A stretch of 64,000 nucleotides of DNA. Source: Camelus ferus (taxonomy: Eukaryota). Location of the stretch: contig NC_045730.1 of the NCBI RefSeq assembly GCF_009834535.1, positions 1,798,001 to 1,862,000 on the forward strand, given 5' to 3'. Positions 23,001 through 31,945 of this stretch are shown here, in pieces (positions within the stretch are counted from its first letter, which is position 1; each line of letters starts with the position of its first letter). The notes below the pieces were generated by a model. It was given only the letters and a program-made list of their open reading frames with translations, did not search any database and had not been told where the DNA came from. The position numbers and the translations under genes were made by a program.

Positions 23001-26000
23001 CAAGAAGAGTGGAACTCAACTGGAGAGGCGTCAGGGCTCCACGCCGAGCACACTGCAGGGCCTGGCCCGGTGGGCACAGCAGGAGCCCCTTGTCCTGACC
23101 CGAGCCTCGTGGACCCAGGCTAATGACAACACACGCCTTTCCCTCCCACATGCTCGCTGTTTGCTGGGCACTTCCGAAACACGCCGCAGGTAACCCCGGG
23201 AGGAAGGCCTTCCCACCCCACTCACAGATGAAATTCTAAGCCTCAGGCAATGAGGCAGTCTGCCCAGACCAAAGCCTGGACTCAGACCCCTTCTGTCTCC
23301 CAGGCTGCCCCAAGGAGAACACACTCCAGCCCAGAATGTCTCCTCCTCTCCGGGACCCTCAGAATGGCCCCGCCGGGAGGTAAACGCTGGGATAGACCTG
23401 AGTCTGGGCGGCTGAAGGATGCACCTGACGCTAAATTCTGCTTCCTCTAGTCTCAGCTCCTGGTGGTGAGCTGGGCTAACGCCAGTTACCTGTTCCTAGA
23501 GGGAGGGTCCAGCGGGGCGCAAACCACTCTGCGCAAACGCAAACACGTCCTCGCCCGCTGGGGGAGGCTGTGCGTGTGCGTGTCTGTGTGTTTCCATGAG
23601 CGCTCCTCACGGAACTCCCACTGCCCTTGGTACTGAAGCACCTCCGCCAGGTCCCTCTCCTTCAGCCACAGCCCTGCATTACCATGACAACCACACAGCT
23701 GTGCAAGTGACCCGTCCTTGCTGACGCCGCTTACTGGCAAGGCAGAGACAGAACTCGGGTGTCCTGAGCCTGCTCTGAGGGCCCTGCCACAAAAACGGGT
23801 TTCAGTGGCCTCCTGATGCTCAAGTAACTGATGGCTCTGAAGTTGTTCAGACCTCAGAGTTAACCCCTGTGCTCTATGAGGTGAACACCCATCCGCCTCG
23901 TAAAAGCTTTCCTGGTAATTGTTTCTTATAAAGGATCAGAGCCCCCAGATCACGAACCCCTGTAAGGGACTCACAGGTCCTGGGCCTGCCTTGAATACCA
24001 GCGCTGCCCTGCACTGCCAGGCCCACGCTGCCTGGAGACAGACTGTCCAGGCCCCTCCCCACCCTCTCCTCCATCTTCCTCGTGCTCTGCCCTTCATCAC
24101 ACTGTCCCTCCTGCTCCTGCGCCACAGCCACACACGTGTCCCCTTGGACAGGGAGCTGCTCGTCTGCGTACCTGTTAGAGTGTGAAGCACAGTGCGAGCA
24201 CAACAACCAACTATGTGATAAACGTAGTTTTCAATTATTGCATTAAAGGAAAACAACGTGAAAGTTTAATCACAACAAAACAAGAATCAAGTGAAATCCA
24301 TTTTAACATAAACTTACATAACTACTGGCCCACAGTCTCTCCTCTATAATTCTGAAACCCAATGGCTCAAATGCAGAAAGTTTTTGCCTAAGTTTGGCGC
24401 AAACTTGGCTGCTGGTAAAACGTGACCTGAACAGGTGTGGGGCATTCAGTCTGAATTATCACTTAGTGTGAACAGTCGTGTCTGATGCAGAAACAAAAAT
24501 GTGTTTGATTTACTTTCCAAGATCTGAAAAGATGTCAGGGTCCAGGGGTCGGGAAAGGGGTTAGGGATCTGTACTCCCTTAAGAGTCAGGAAATCCTTTC
24601 ATTTGCAAACTCCTCTGCTTCTGAGCACCCGCCGTGAGACAGACTGGCCAGGGTCTGGGGACCAGGAGGAGACCCCCCCAGGGGGAGGGCACACCTGGGC
24701 GTACCTGGCCGACCGTGAACCCCTGGATCTTTTCTCCGACCTGGAACCGCAGGGCCCTCTCACAGGCCGTGGTGCTCCCCCACCTCCATGCTCTGAGGTT
24801 GGCACTGCTGCACTTTCGGAAAGTAATCAAAGTTAGGTGATTTGCAGGAAAACTGGCTAATGTAGTTCAGTAACATAGTGAAAAATACTGCCACGTGATA
24901 AAGACAATTCAAGGAAAAATTAAACCTCACATCTTCCAACCATCTTCCAGAAAATTAATTTCCATTAAAGTTCTTTCAATTTTATCTCAACTCAACTAAA
25001 TCCTTGAATCAACTAATTGCTGAAAACCTTTTCTTCGTATGTGTCCGTAAATAACTAACACAACCATGACACCAGTTACCCTTAATCGCATTAAAAACTC
25101 TCAGACCTGCACTCCTGACCCCCCAACACGTACAACAATGTGTACACCACTCCCAAGAGCCCCGACCCCGCCAGCTCTGATGTCCAGCAGCAGAGAACAG
25201 ATGAATGACGCACTATTCAGGCATAAACTTAGTCCTAGAATGAGTGGAGATGTGGACAAACGATGCTGAACCACAAAACCCACAGGGGACAGACACAGTG
25301 TTACTCTAGCAGGAACTGTTCAGCCAAGTAACACTGTGTTGCAGGAATACGTGTGGATGGTAAGAAAACAAAGAAAAACAAGGGAATTATTTCTGTAAGC
25401 CAGAACAGAGATTCCATTTTAGAGGGAGGGAGAGTTAGGGGTAATCTTAAACTGGGTAATGGTGACAACTTAGTTTTAAATAACTTTTCTCTCAATTGCA
25501 TTATATGCTTTACGGCATTTTCTACATTAACATTATATCCCGCAAAAATGTTTATTTTGAAGAAGATATGCACAGAAAACACTGGCTCATTCAGTATCAG
25601 GCAGGATCGGGGAGATATTCTATAAACAACCGACCTTTCCCTTGTTGATTTAGCAAATTGTACAAAGACGGGATAGAGGCTTTTAACCCAGACACACCGC
25701 AAGGGCACCCCCGTGTTTCCTCCCCTGGGCTGGTAAACTCCACCACAAAGTAAATAGGGTTCTATGAATTAGCATAAAACTAAACAATGTAATCTTTCTT
25801 TTAAAAAGTAAAATGTTGTATTTTACCAACTCAAGGGGAATGACACTCATTCACAGTTTGAAACTAAACCACTCCTTTTCCATAAATCTAGTCATTAAAC
25901 AGGAAGCTCCATTCCCGGAGGCGTCAATTTTATCAGGAGCGCAGGTGAGCGCGGTACTTCCGTGCCTACGACCACGGGGAAACGCGCACGACTAACGAGC

Positions 26001-26530
26001 CAACGAGACCCGCAGCTGGGGGTTGTTCTTACTGCTCCCGTTAAAGCCCACATCCACGAGTCTTCACCTGGAAAGCCCCGACCACCCGCACGCAGGGCCG
26101 CCCGCGGGAGGCGGGTCAGGCCAGGTCCTCGCCGCTTTACCCCAGTCTTTTCTGGGGGCTTCACCCCAACCCTGGTAACTGGACAGGACCCCCTTCCTTT
26201 GGGAGGGGTGGACACGGAGGACTGAGCGGAGGAGGCCATGGGAGAGGGGCCGCTCTGCCACCCCGAGGGGCCAAAAGGACCCCGCATCCAGACCCTGCAA
26301 GGGGGCTCGGGCTGGGACTGGGCTCCGGGGTTAGGAGCCCCAGGCGAGGGGTCTGGGGGTGCGGGAGCCCCAGAACAAGCTGAGAGACACCGCGAAGCCT
26401 CCCGCGCCATCGCCGCCCACCCTCCCTCTCCCCTCACCGTCCGCCCCTCGCACGGCCCCCTTCCTCCCGCGTCTCACCGGCCGCCCAGTCTCCGCAGCGC
26501 GCCGCTCGCCCTCCAGCCGCTGCGCCACAT
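4980..26530 (-). CDS. PITRM1: Presequence protease (PreP), mitochondrial pitrilysin-family M16C metallopeptidase; complete 27-exon CDS, 3084 nt, 1027 aa
   Basis: All 27 exons found with GT-AG boundaries and a consistent phase chain; the lengths sum to 3084 nt. Zinc motif HVLEH at 22585-22571, distal Glu in VFNEMKG, and EKGGAYGG in the C-terminal half are intact. Arg-rich N-terminal presequence [18 protein letters not shown]. Residues equivalent to human R183 and T931 are conserved (human sequence recalled). Confidence 0.98.
5165..5267 (-). CDS. PITRM1: PITRM1 exon 26, 103 nt
   Basis: [33 protein letters not shown]. Confidence 0.95.
5500..5645 (-). CDS. PITRM1: PITRM1 exon 25, 146 nt
   Basis: [48 protein letters not shown]. 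Confidence 0.96.
6341..6466 (-). CDS. PITRM1: PITRM1 exon 24, 126 nt
   Basis: [41 protein letters not shown]. Confidence 0.96.
7061..7173 (-). CDS. PITRM1: PITRM1 exon 23, 113 nt
   Basis: [37 protein letters not shown]. Confidence 0.95.
7499..7546 (-). CDS. PITRM1: PITRM1 exon 22, 48 nt
   Basis: ttttcag|AAA CCT ... GTG ATG|gtgagt; [16 protein letters not shown]. Confidence 0.88.
7652..7772 (-). CDS. PITRM1: PITRM1 exon 21, 121 nt
   Basis: [40 protein letters not shown]. Confidence 0.94.
8938..9038 (-). CDS. PITRM1: PITRM1 exon 20, 101 nt
   Basis: [33 protein letters not shown]. Confidence 0.94.
9238..9403 (-). CDS. PITRM1: PITRM1 exon 19, 166 nt
   Basis: [55 protein letters not shown]. 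Confidence 0.95.
9640..9716 (-). CDS. PITRM1: PITRM1 exon 18, 77 nt
   Basis: [25 protein letters not shown]. Confidence 0.95.
9844..9964 (-). CDS. PITRM1: PITRM1 exon 17, 121 nt
   Basis: [40 protein letters not shown]. Confidence 0.95.
10957..11089 (-). CDS. PITRM1: PITRM1 exon 16, 133 nt
   Basis: [43 protein letters not shown]. Confidence 0.95.
12225..12341 (-). CDS. PITRM1: PITRM1 exon 15, 117 nt
   Basis: [38 protein letters not shown]. Confidence 0.95.
13620..14760 (+). mobile_element. 5'-truncated L1 (ORF2 3' end plus 3'UTR) in PITRM1 intron 14
   Basis: CCAATTAAAAAACGGGC, GGCAATTCCCCTCCTGGGTATGTATGC, AAGGAAATCCTGCCATTTGCAGCAGC, and a typical end GTTATATGTCAATT...CTCAAAAAAAA. Confidence 0.9.
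15964..16102 (-). CDS. PITRM1: PITRM1 exon 14, 139 nt
   Basis: [46 protein letters not shown]. Confidence 0.95.
17261..17395 (-). CDS. PITRM1: PITRM1 exon 13, 135 nt
   Basis: [45 protein letters not shown]. Confidence 0.95.
17777..17915 (-). mobile_element. tRNA-Ala-derived camelid SINE (Vic-1-like) in PITRM1 intron 12
   Basis: Minus strand GGGGAGGGTATAGCTCAGTGGTAGAGTGCGTGCCTAGCGTGCATGAGGTCCTGGGTTCAATCCCCAGTGCCACCA plus an A-rich tail; A box 17895-17905, B box 17853-17862. Family name from memory. Confidence 0.85.
18088..18184 (-). CDS. PITRM1: PITRM1 exon 12, 97 nt
   Basis: [32 protein letters not shown]. Confidence 0.95.
18363..18476 (-). CDS. PITRM1: PITRM1 exon 11, 114 nt
   Basis: [37 protein letters not shown]; donor CT|GTACGT is required by the phase chain. 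Confidence 0.9.
19036..19164 (-). CDS. PITRM1: PITRM1 exon 10, 129 nt
   Basis: [42 protein letters not shown]. Confidence 0.95.
19828..19916 (-). CDS. PITRM1: PITRM1 exon 9, 89 nt
   Basis: [29 protein letters not shown]. Confidence 0.94.
20178..20304 (-). CDS. PITRM1: PITRM1 exon 8, 127 nt
   Basis: [42 protein letters not shown]. Confidence 0.95.
21086..21246 (-). CDS. PITRM1: PITRM1 exon 7, 161 nt
   Basis: [53 protein letters not shown]. Confidence 0.96.
21753..21849 (-). CDS. PITRM1: PITRM1 exon 6, 97 nt
   Basis: [32 protein letters not shown]. Confidence 0.96.
21928..22042 (-). CDS. PITRM1: PITRM1 exon 5, 115 nt
   Basis: [37 protein letters not shown]. Confidence 0.96.
22477..22628 (-). 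CDS. PITRM1: PITRM1 exon 4, 152 nt (HXXEH)
   Basis: [50 protein letters not shown]. Confidence 0.97.
22876..22982 (-). CDS. PITRM1: PITRM1 exon 3, 107 nt
   Basis: [35 protein letters not shown]. Confidence 0.95.
24705..24807 (-). CDS. PITRM1: PITRM1 exon 2, 103 nt (alternative acceptor at 24804)
   Basis: [34 protein letters not shown]|gtacg. Confidence 0.9.
25150..25560 (+). mobile_element. Old L1M 3' fragment in PITRM1 intron 1
   Basis: Degenerate L1M 3'UTR-like text (GGAATACGTGTGGATGGTAAGAAAAC...CTGGGTAATGGTGAC...GCATTATATGCTTT). Confidence 0.45.
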
Positions 26531-27250
26531 GGCGTGTGACCAGCACGCCACCGGCCGCGACCCCACTTATGCCGACGCACGGCGCGGGGCGGGGCGGGCT
26601 CGCCGGCCGCCACTCCATTGGTCAGCGTGCAGAGCGACGCCCACCCCAAGAGGCTGGCGAGGAAAAGGGCGGGTCCCCGCGGCGGCGGGGCGGGACTCGC
26701 GGGCCGAGGGAGGGGCGGGGCCTGTGTGCAAGGGGGCGGGGCTGAGTGCCGAGCGGCAGGCAGGCGCAGGGAGGGGCGGGTCCACGCAGGTGAGGGGCGG
26801 GCCTGCGAAGATAAGGGGCGGATCAGCAGAGTGAGGGGGCGGGCAGTGCAGGGGAGGGGCGGACCTACAATGAGCCTCGGGACTTGCTCGGTGCTGTGAC
26901 CACCGGTGGGCGTAGGTCTCCCGGATGCAGGTTGTGCGCCTGCACCTCTGCGTGGCCACGCGTCCATCAGCACGTTCCGGGCAGTGAAGTGAGGAGGACG
27001 TCCAGCTTCAAGCCCCTAGCAGGCGCCTTAGCCCCGGGCTGTGTGGCTTCATGGGCAAGGTCCGAGGCCTGCATCACCTGGTTTCCAGGGCCACGATTCC
27101 ACGACGTCACGCTCTTAACAGCGGTCCCAATCAGAATGTCCCCCGCAAATCGCCGGAAAGCTCTCGCACCCCCACGTCTGTGCTGGCCCACTGCTCTCCC
27201 CGCCCGCATTTCGTGTCTGGGAGGACTACACACGTGCCCTTCCTGTACCT
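25900..27250. promoter_or_regulatory. CpG-island promoter of PITRM1 with GC boxes and CCAAT box
   Basis: Dense CpG around exon 1; GC boxes at 26586-26597; CCAAT on the minus strand at 26617-26621, about 90 nt upstream of the ATG; nine further GGGCGG boxes at 26667-26862; no TATA. Boundaries are approximate. Confidence 0.88.
26478..26530 (-). CDS. PITRM1: PITRM1 exon 1 coding part, 53 nt
   Basis: GCC ATG TGG CGC ... GGC CG|gtgag; [17 protein letters not shown]. Confidence 0.9.
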
Positions 27251-27769
27251 CGGAGAATGGCTCCAGAAGGTGGAGCGTGAGTGGGTGGGCCGGCAGGGGG
27301 CTGGGGGCGGCAGGTGCATCTGGGATGAAACACACCTGGCCACCGTATGGGAGGGACATAGAAGGAAGGACCCAAGTCTGACCTCAGTTTCTCAGAGCTT
27401 TCACCCCCTCCCTTCTCTCATCTCCCTCATCCCCCACTTCTGGCCGGAGAATGCAGAGGAACTCAAATCTCCCGGCCCCTTCACCCAGGCGCTGAAGAAA
27501 CAAGGCTCAGGGGACAGGTGCAACCCGCCTGGACATCCGAACATTTGAGAGCAACGTACAGGGTAATACTGCCACGAAAAGCCACCAGTCTTCAGAAAGC
27601 TCTCCACAGTGCAGAAGAGTCTATTCAGAGGAGGACCCAGCTGAACCGGGTCAAGCAAGGGTAACGATGAGAAGCTAAGGACACAAACACTCCGCGTAAA
27701 TTCCTTTCCTCCGGTGACACTTCGGGGGGTAAGTATTACTGTCACCGCAACATCTCTGTGATCTTGGGA

Positions 27770-27835
27770 GACGGCTGGGGGTTATTAACCCTGCTGTGAT
27801 TCTGCGGGAAACTGAGGCACAGGGACGTTACAGTA
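27770..27835 (-). mobile_element. MIR core fragment
   Basis: GGGAAACTGAGGCACAGGGACGTTA, the MIR core signature. Confidence 0.45.
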
Positions 27836-28178
27836 TTTTGATCTCTGAAGAATAAATGCTACATAAATCCAGTAATGGCCACTTTGCAGTGCGTTCCCAC
27901 GGGACAGACCTCACTGATGGGTGAGCTGCGCACACTAAGCATTTATAAATAATTATTTTGAGCAGCACCAACATAGTATTAACGTGCATATGTAATCTCA
28001 GTTTATATTAGCAGATCATTGCAATGTAGAAAAAAATCACAAATTGTCTATGCGGTATCCTATGTTACAAAAACCTCCTGTGTTACAAGGAAGCACCGTG
28101 TTAGTAGGATGAGCAACTGAGCACTGTCAGAGCAGACTGGGACCGGGACTTAGAAAGGCAGTCAAGTGAATATTGGAG

Positions 28179-28626
28179 TGTCGTGGGGAGAACTGTGTCT
28201 CCCCAAAAAGAAATGCTGGCATCTTGACCCCCCATAACCTCAGAATGTGACCTCACTCGGTAAAGGATCTTTACCAAGGTGATCAAGTTGAAGTGAGGTC
28301 ATTAGGATGGGCCTCTAGTCCAATGTGACTGGTGCCCTGTAAAGGGGGTTAGCTGGGCACACGGACACACACGGGAGAAGGCCACGTGAAGACGAACGCA
28401 AAGCCATGGAGATGCTTTTGCAATGCAAGGTACCAGGGATTGCCGGCCACGCCAGAAGCTGGGGACGCAGGATGAACAGATTCCTCCTCACAGCCTCAGA
28501 AGGAACCAATGCGCCAACACCTTGGATCTCCCCTTCTGGCCCCCAGAGCTACGAGGCCGTGAATTTCTGTTGTGCTCAGCCATCCAGTTTGTGGTCCTTT
28601 GTCACAAAGCCCTAGGAAGCTAATAT
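28179..28626 (+). mobile_element. MLT1 (MaLR) solo LTR
   Basis: TGTCGTGGGGAGAACTGTGTCTCCCC...GAATGTGACCTCA...GATCAAGTTGAAGTGAGGTCATTAGGATGGGC...CAGCCTCAGAAGGAACCAA...AATTTCTGTTG...CCCTAGGAAGCTAATA. Confidence 0.8.
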
Positions 28627-29529
28627 TGAGGTGTCAGGGTTTTTACCTCCGGAAGAAAAAGATGAAGTGGTTTAACTGAATATGCTGTTTTCCAGGATTG
28701 CATGTCACCGACAAAATGCATGCTGTTGCAAATCCTTCACTTCTGAATCCATCGTACACAAGTGAGTGACGCTGTTGGAGATGCAAAAGGAGGGTACAAA
28801 AAGCCAGCAGGCTCTGTGCCAGTGGCAGGCAGCCGGGGAAAAGGGCCTCACGCTGAGTCCAGACCGCGGCCCTCGCGCTCGCCTTCGCCCACTGTTGGCT
28901 TTTTTTTTTTCTGCTCAATAAATGTTTATTCCATGTCACCCGTTTGCAGCCACTGAACATTTCTACTGACACATCTGTGTAAAGCATCTCATCTTCCTGT
29001 TGAGCTTGTAGAAATGGGCTCATCCACAAAGAGAAAAGAGACCCGATTTTCTCCAAGCTGCCTTCCAACCCGAAGGTTCCACAGTTTTACCATCTCAGGT
29101 CTGTTGTTATGCTGGTCACACCACTGACCTCAGCCTTCTGTTTTATTTTCTGTCTGTTTAAAATGACCCATTCAGGAGTTCAGATTGAGCTGGCAGACTC
29201 TGACTCCGTTTCTGCTTCTAGGTACGTTCCCTGATGCCCACTTTTGATGCCCATCCCCTCGTCCCCTGAACTGAGTTTAATTTCGGGTGTTTTCAGGAAA
29301 CTTAAGATGCTGAGAGTCCTCTTGGCTAATGCTTTTAACAATAATTTTTTAACTTCACAAATTCACATGTAACTATATGGAAAAAAGGCCAGGATTAATG
29401 GTTAATAAAAGGTACGTTAAAGTAACAACGGGATATAATCTATCAGATGTAACGGTTTGATGAAGCTCAGGGCTGGTGAGGCCTGTGAAGTGGCAGGGAT
29501 CGGGTGTTCCTACACTTCAGGTTCCATGT

Positions 29530-30000
29530 GGGACTACGTGCACATATATGTATCTACCTTTTGGAAAGAACTTTGGCATCATTTATACAAATTTTATTTT
29601 ATTTTTAAATTTTTTATGTTTTCATTCCTTTTTTTTTTCTTTGAATATCTCTTTTTAACTTTTAAGGGGGGGAGGTAATTCGATTTAATTTTTTATTTTT
29701 AATGGAGATTGAACCCAGGACCTTGTGCATGCTAAGCAGGCACTCTACCACTGAGCTGTACCCTCCCCCTCATTTACACAAACTTTCAATGAGTGTACTT
29801 TTTCGCCAGAAATTTCACTTCATGAAAATTACCCTATAGCTATAGTCTCACAAGGGGGCAATAATGTATAAATAAAGATGTTCCCTGCAGCACGTTATGA
29901 CTACAGCAAATAACGAACAACCTAAAAGTCTACCAAGAAGCATTTTCTTAAACAAAATATAACTCGTTTATATAATTAAATACAAGTCAGATACTAAGAC
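29530..30000 (+). mobile_element. Old L1ME-type fragment interrupted by a SINE
   Basis: CCTTTTGGAAAGAACTTTGGCA...CAGAAATTTCACTTC...AAAGATGTTCCCTGCAGCAC...AACAACCTAAAAGTC. Confidence 0.5.
29592..29769 (-). mobile_element. Second Vic-1-like SINE with target-site duplication
   Basis: GATTGAACCCAGGACCTTGTGCATGCTAAGCAGGCACTCTACCACTGAGCTGTACCCTCCCC; flanked by TCATTTATACAAA (29579-29591) and TCATTTACACAAA (29770-29782). Confidence 0.85.
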
Positions 30001-31464
30001 TAGTGATTGATTAATTAATTAATTAATTAGAAATAGTGATGAACATCATCTTCATATAGACCTAGCACCAATTAGAAAGAATAAAACCAAACACCAGATG
30101 CATGCTGAAGCTCTCACGTGCGTGGGAAAAACATGCTCCTGTTTAAGTGGAATGAATCAGAAGTGAGATTTTAATTATGAACCTGGTATGACCTTTTTGA
30201 AAACCTAAATGAGGACATTCTCTGTTCACAGGTCGGGCACTCAGTATGATATGGCTATCACTTCTCTCCAAAAATGCAGCGCAAGTCTGATAAAAATCCC
30301 AACAGGTTAGGCACACACCTCATCTTAAAACTCAGGCGAGGGAGACGAGATTCAAGAACAGGCAAATGGTCCTGAAGGACAGTGTGGGGAACTGATTTTG
30401 GCAGGAGTTAAGGAAAGTCTTTTTAGGGACTTTTACGCTTATAAAGCCTACGAAGTTATAGCCAATAAGCCCGTGTATATTAATTAGCACAGAGCCTAAA
30501 GGAATCTAGAAGCCAGGAGCAGACACCTAGAAGTGGGTCACTGGAGAACAGATTCAACACGTCTTGTAACTTATATGGGAAAAACTGAACTGCTACTTCT
30601 AACCACTCTGCACCTACCCCAAGGCCATAGTGAAACTGCACTTCTAAAAGCTTGGAAGGTTTACTTTTCTCACTTGTGCTTTTAATACACATGGTTTGAA
30701 TTTTGCTTCTGCTTGCTGTAATAGAAAAATCCCCAAGATTAAATGACCTCAGAGTAAGTCATGAGATTGGCCCCCTAACTCCTGGTGAAATTTCAAGTCG
30801 GACTTGAGACAGAGAGGACCGCCCCCACATTGTCCCCAGTGAATCAGCCTGTATTCACTGACGCCTGAAATTCACTTCAACGGGAGACAAAAATACGTTC
30901 CAAACTCAGCAAAATGCTTGAAGTGCAAATGCCCATTTTCTTAAAATCACACTGAGAGCCAATGACTTATTGATTGTGTTGTAAGGAAAATTATTGAAAG
31001 AGAAAACACAGTATCCAGGGATCTGGGGAAAAGGTTCGCCACCAGGTGGAAATGATACAGTGAAGAGGGAAAAAAAAAAAAAAAAAAAAAACCTGGAAAC
31101 TTCCAAAGACAGTGTTTACTTTCTTCAACTGTTTCTTTTCTAAGTATAGCCACTGCTCAAATTCTAAACGTCTTACACGTTTCAGATGTTTGAACGGCAC
31201 TCAAAAGCTACTGTTTCTCGTGAATGCTCTGGTGTCTTGTGTAACTAAACCACAGTTTCCCCAGTTGGTTACGACAGAGAACCTTCCAGTCCATCTTGTG
31301 CTCGGCCTCTTATCTGCTCCGTGGCCGTGGATTACGTGCTTTGTGTGGCAAGTCGCTCTGTGACGCTCGTAACACTCGATAATTCTTTTGTAACCAGTTT
31401 CCAAGGCAGGAGCGCAATGAGTTCATAATCACTCTTGTTGGATAAACGTTTTTGAGCTCCAAGG

Positions 31465-31945
31465 GTAAGCTTTACTGCTGCTGAATTTGGGGTAAAAAAT
31501 GTAGAAACTAGCTCTTCAGGCAGAGATGAAAGACACGGCCCCGGCTTCGGTGAGGCTCTCGGTCTAGCCGGGCATCAGCAGGGGTGTGCTGCCCCTGGAG
31601 ACTTGGGGGAGAATCTGTTTTCTTGCCTTTTCCAGCTTCTAGAGGACCCCGACGTTCCCCGGCTCGCGGCCCCTTCCTCCGCCCTCACAGGCGGCCACGG
31701 CTGGTCCCGGTCTTTTCCCGGGTGCCGCTTCTCTGGGTCTGAGGCTCTGCTCCCTGCCTGGAGACTTGTAATTACCTGGGCCCACCCAGGTCACCCAGAG
31801 TCATCTCCTTATTTCAAGGTCATCTGATTGGCAACCTTGATCCCATCTGCAACCTCAATTCCTCATGGCCACAAACGACAACAGACTCGCGGGCTCCAGG
31901 GCTCAGGGGAGGCGTGTTTGGGGCCAGTCTGCTACCCACCTCACT
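31465..31945 (-). mobile_element. MLT1 (MaLR) LTR
   Basis: GGGGAGAATCTGTTTTCTTGCCTTTTCCAGCTTCTAGAGG...GTCATCTCCTTATTTCAAGGTCATCTGATTGGCAACCTTGATCCCATCTGCAACCTCAATTCC. Confidence 0.75.

Noticed and set aside
4980-26530. PITRM1 as a pseudogene or retrocopy because of its divergence
   Set aside because: 27 intron-separated exons, an unbroken frame and intact catalytic residues.
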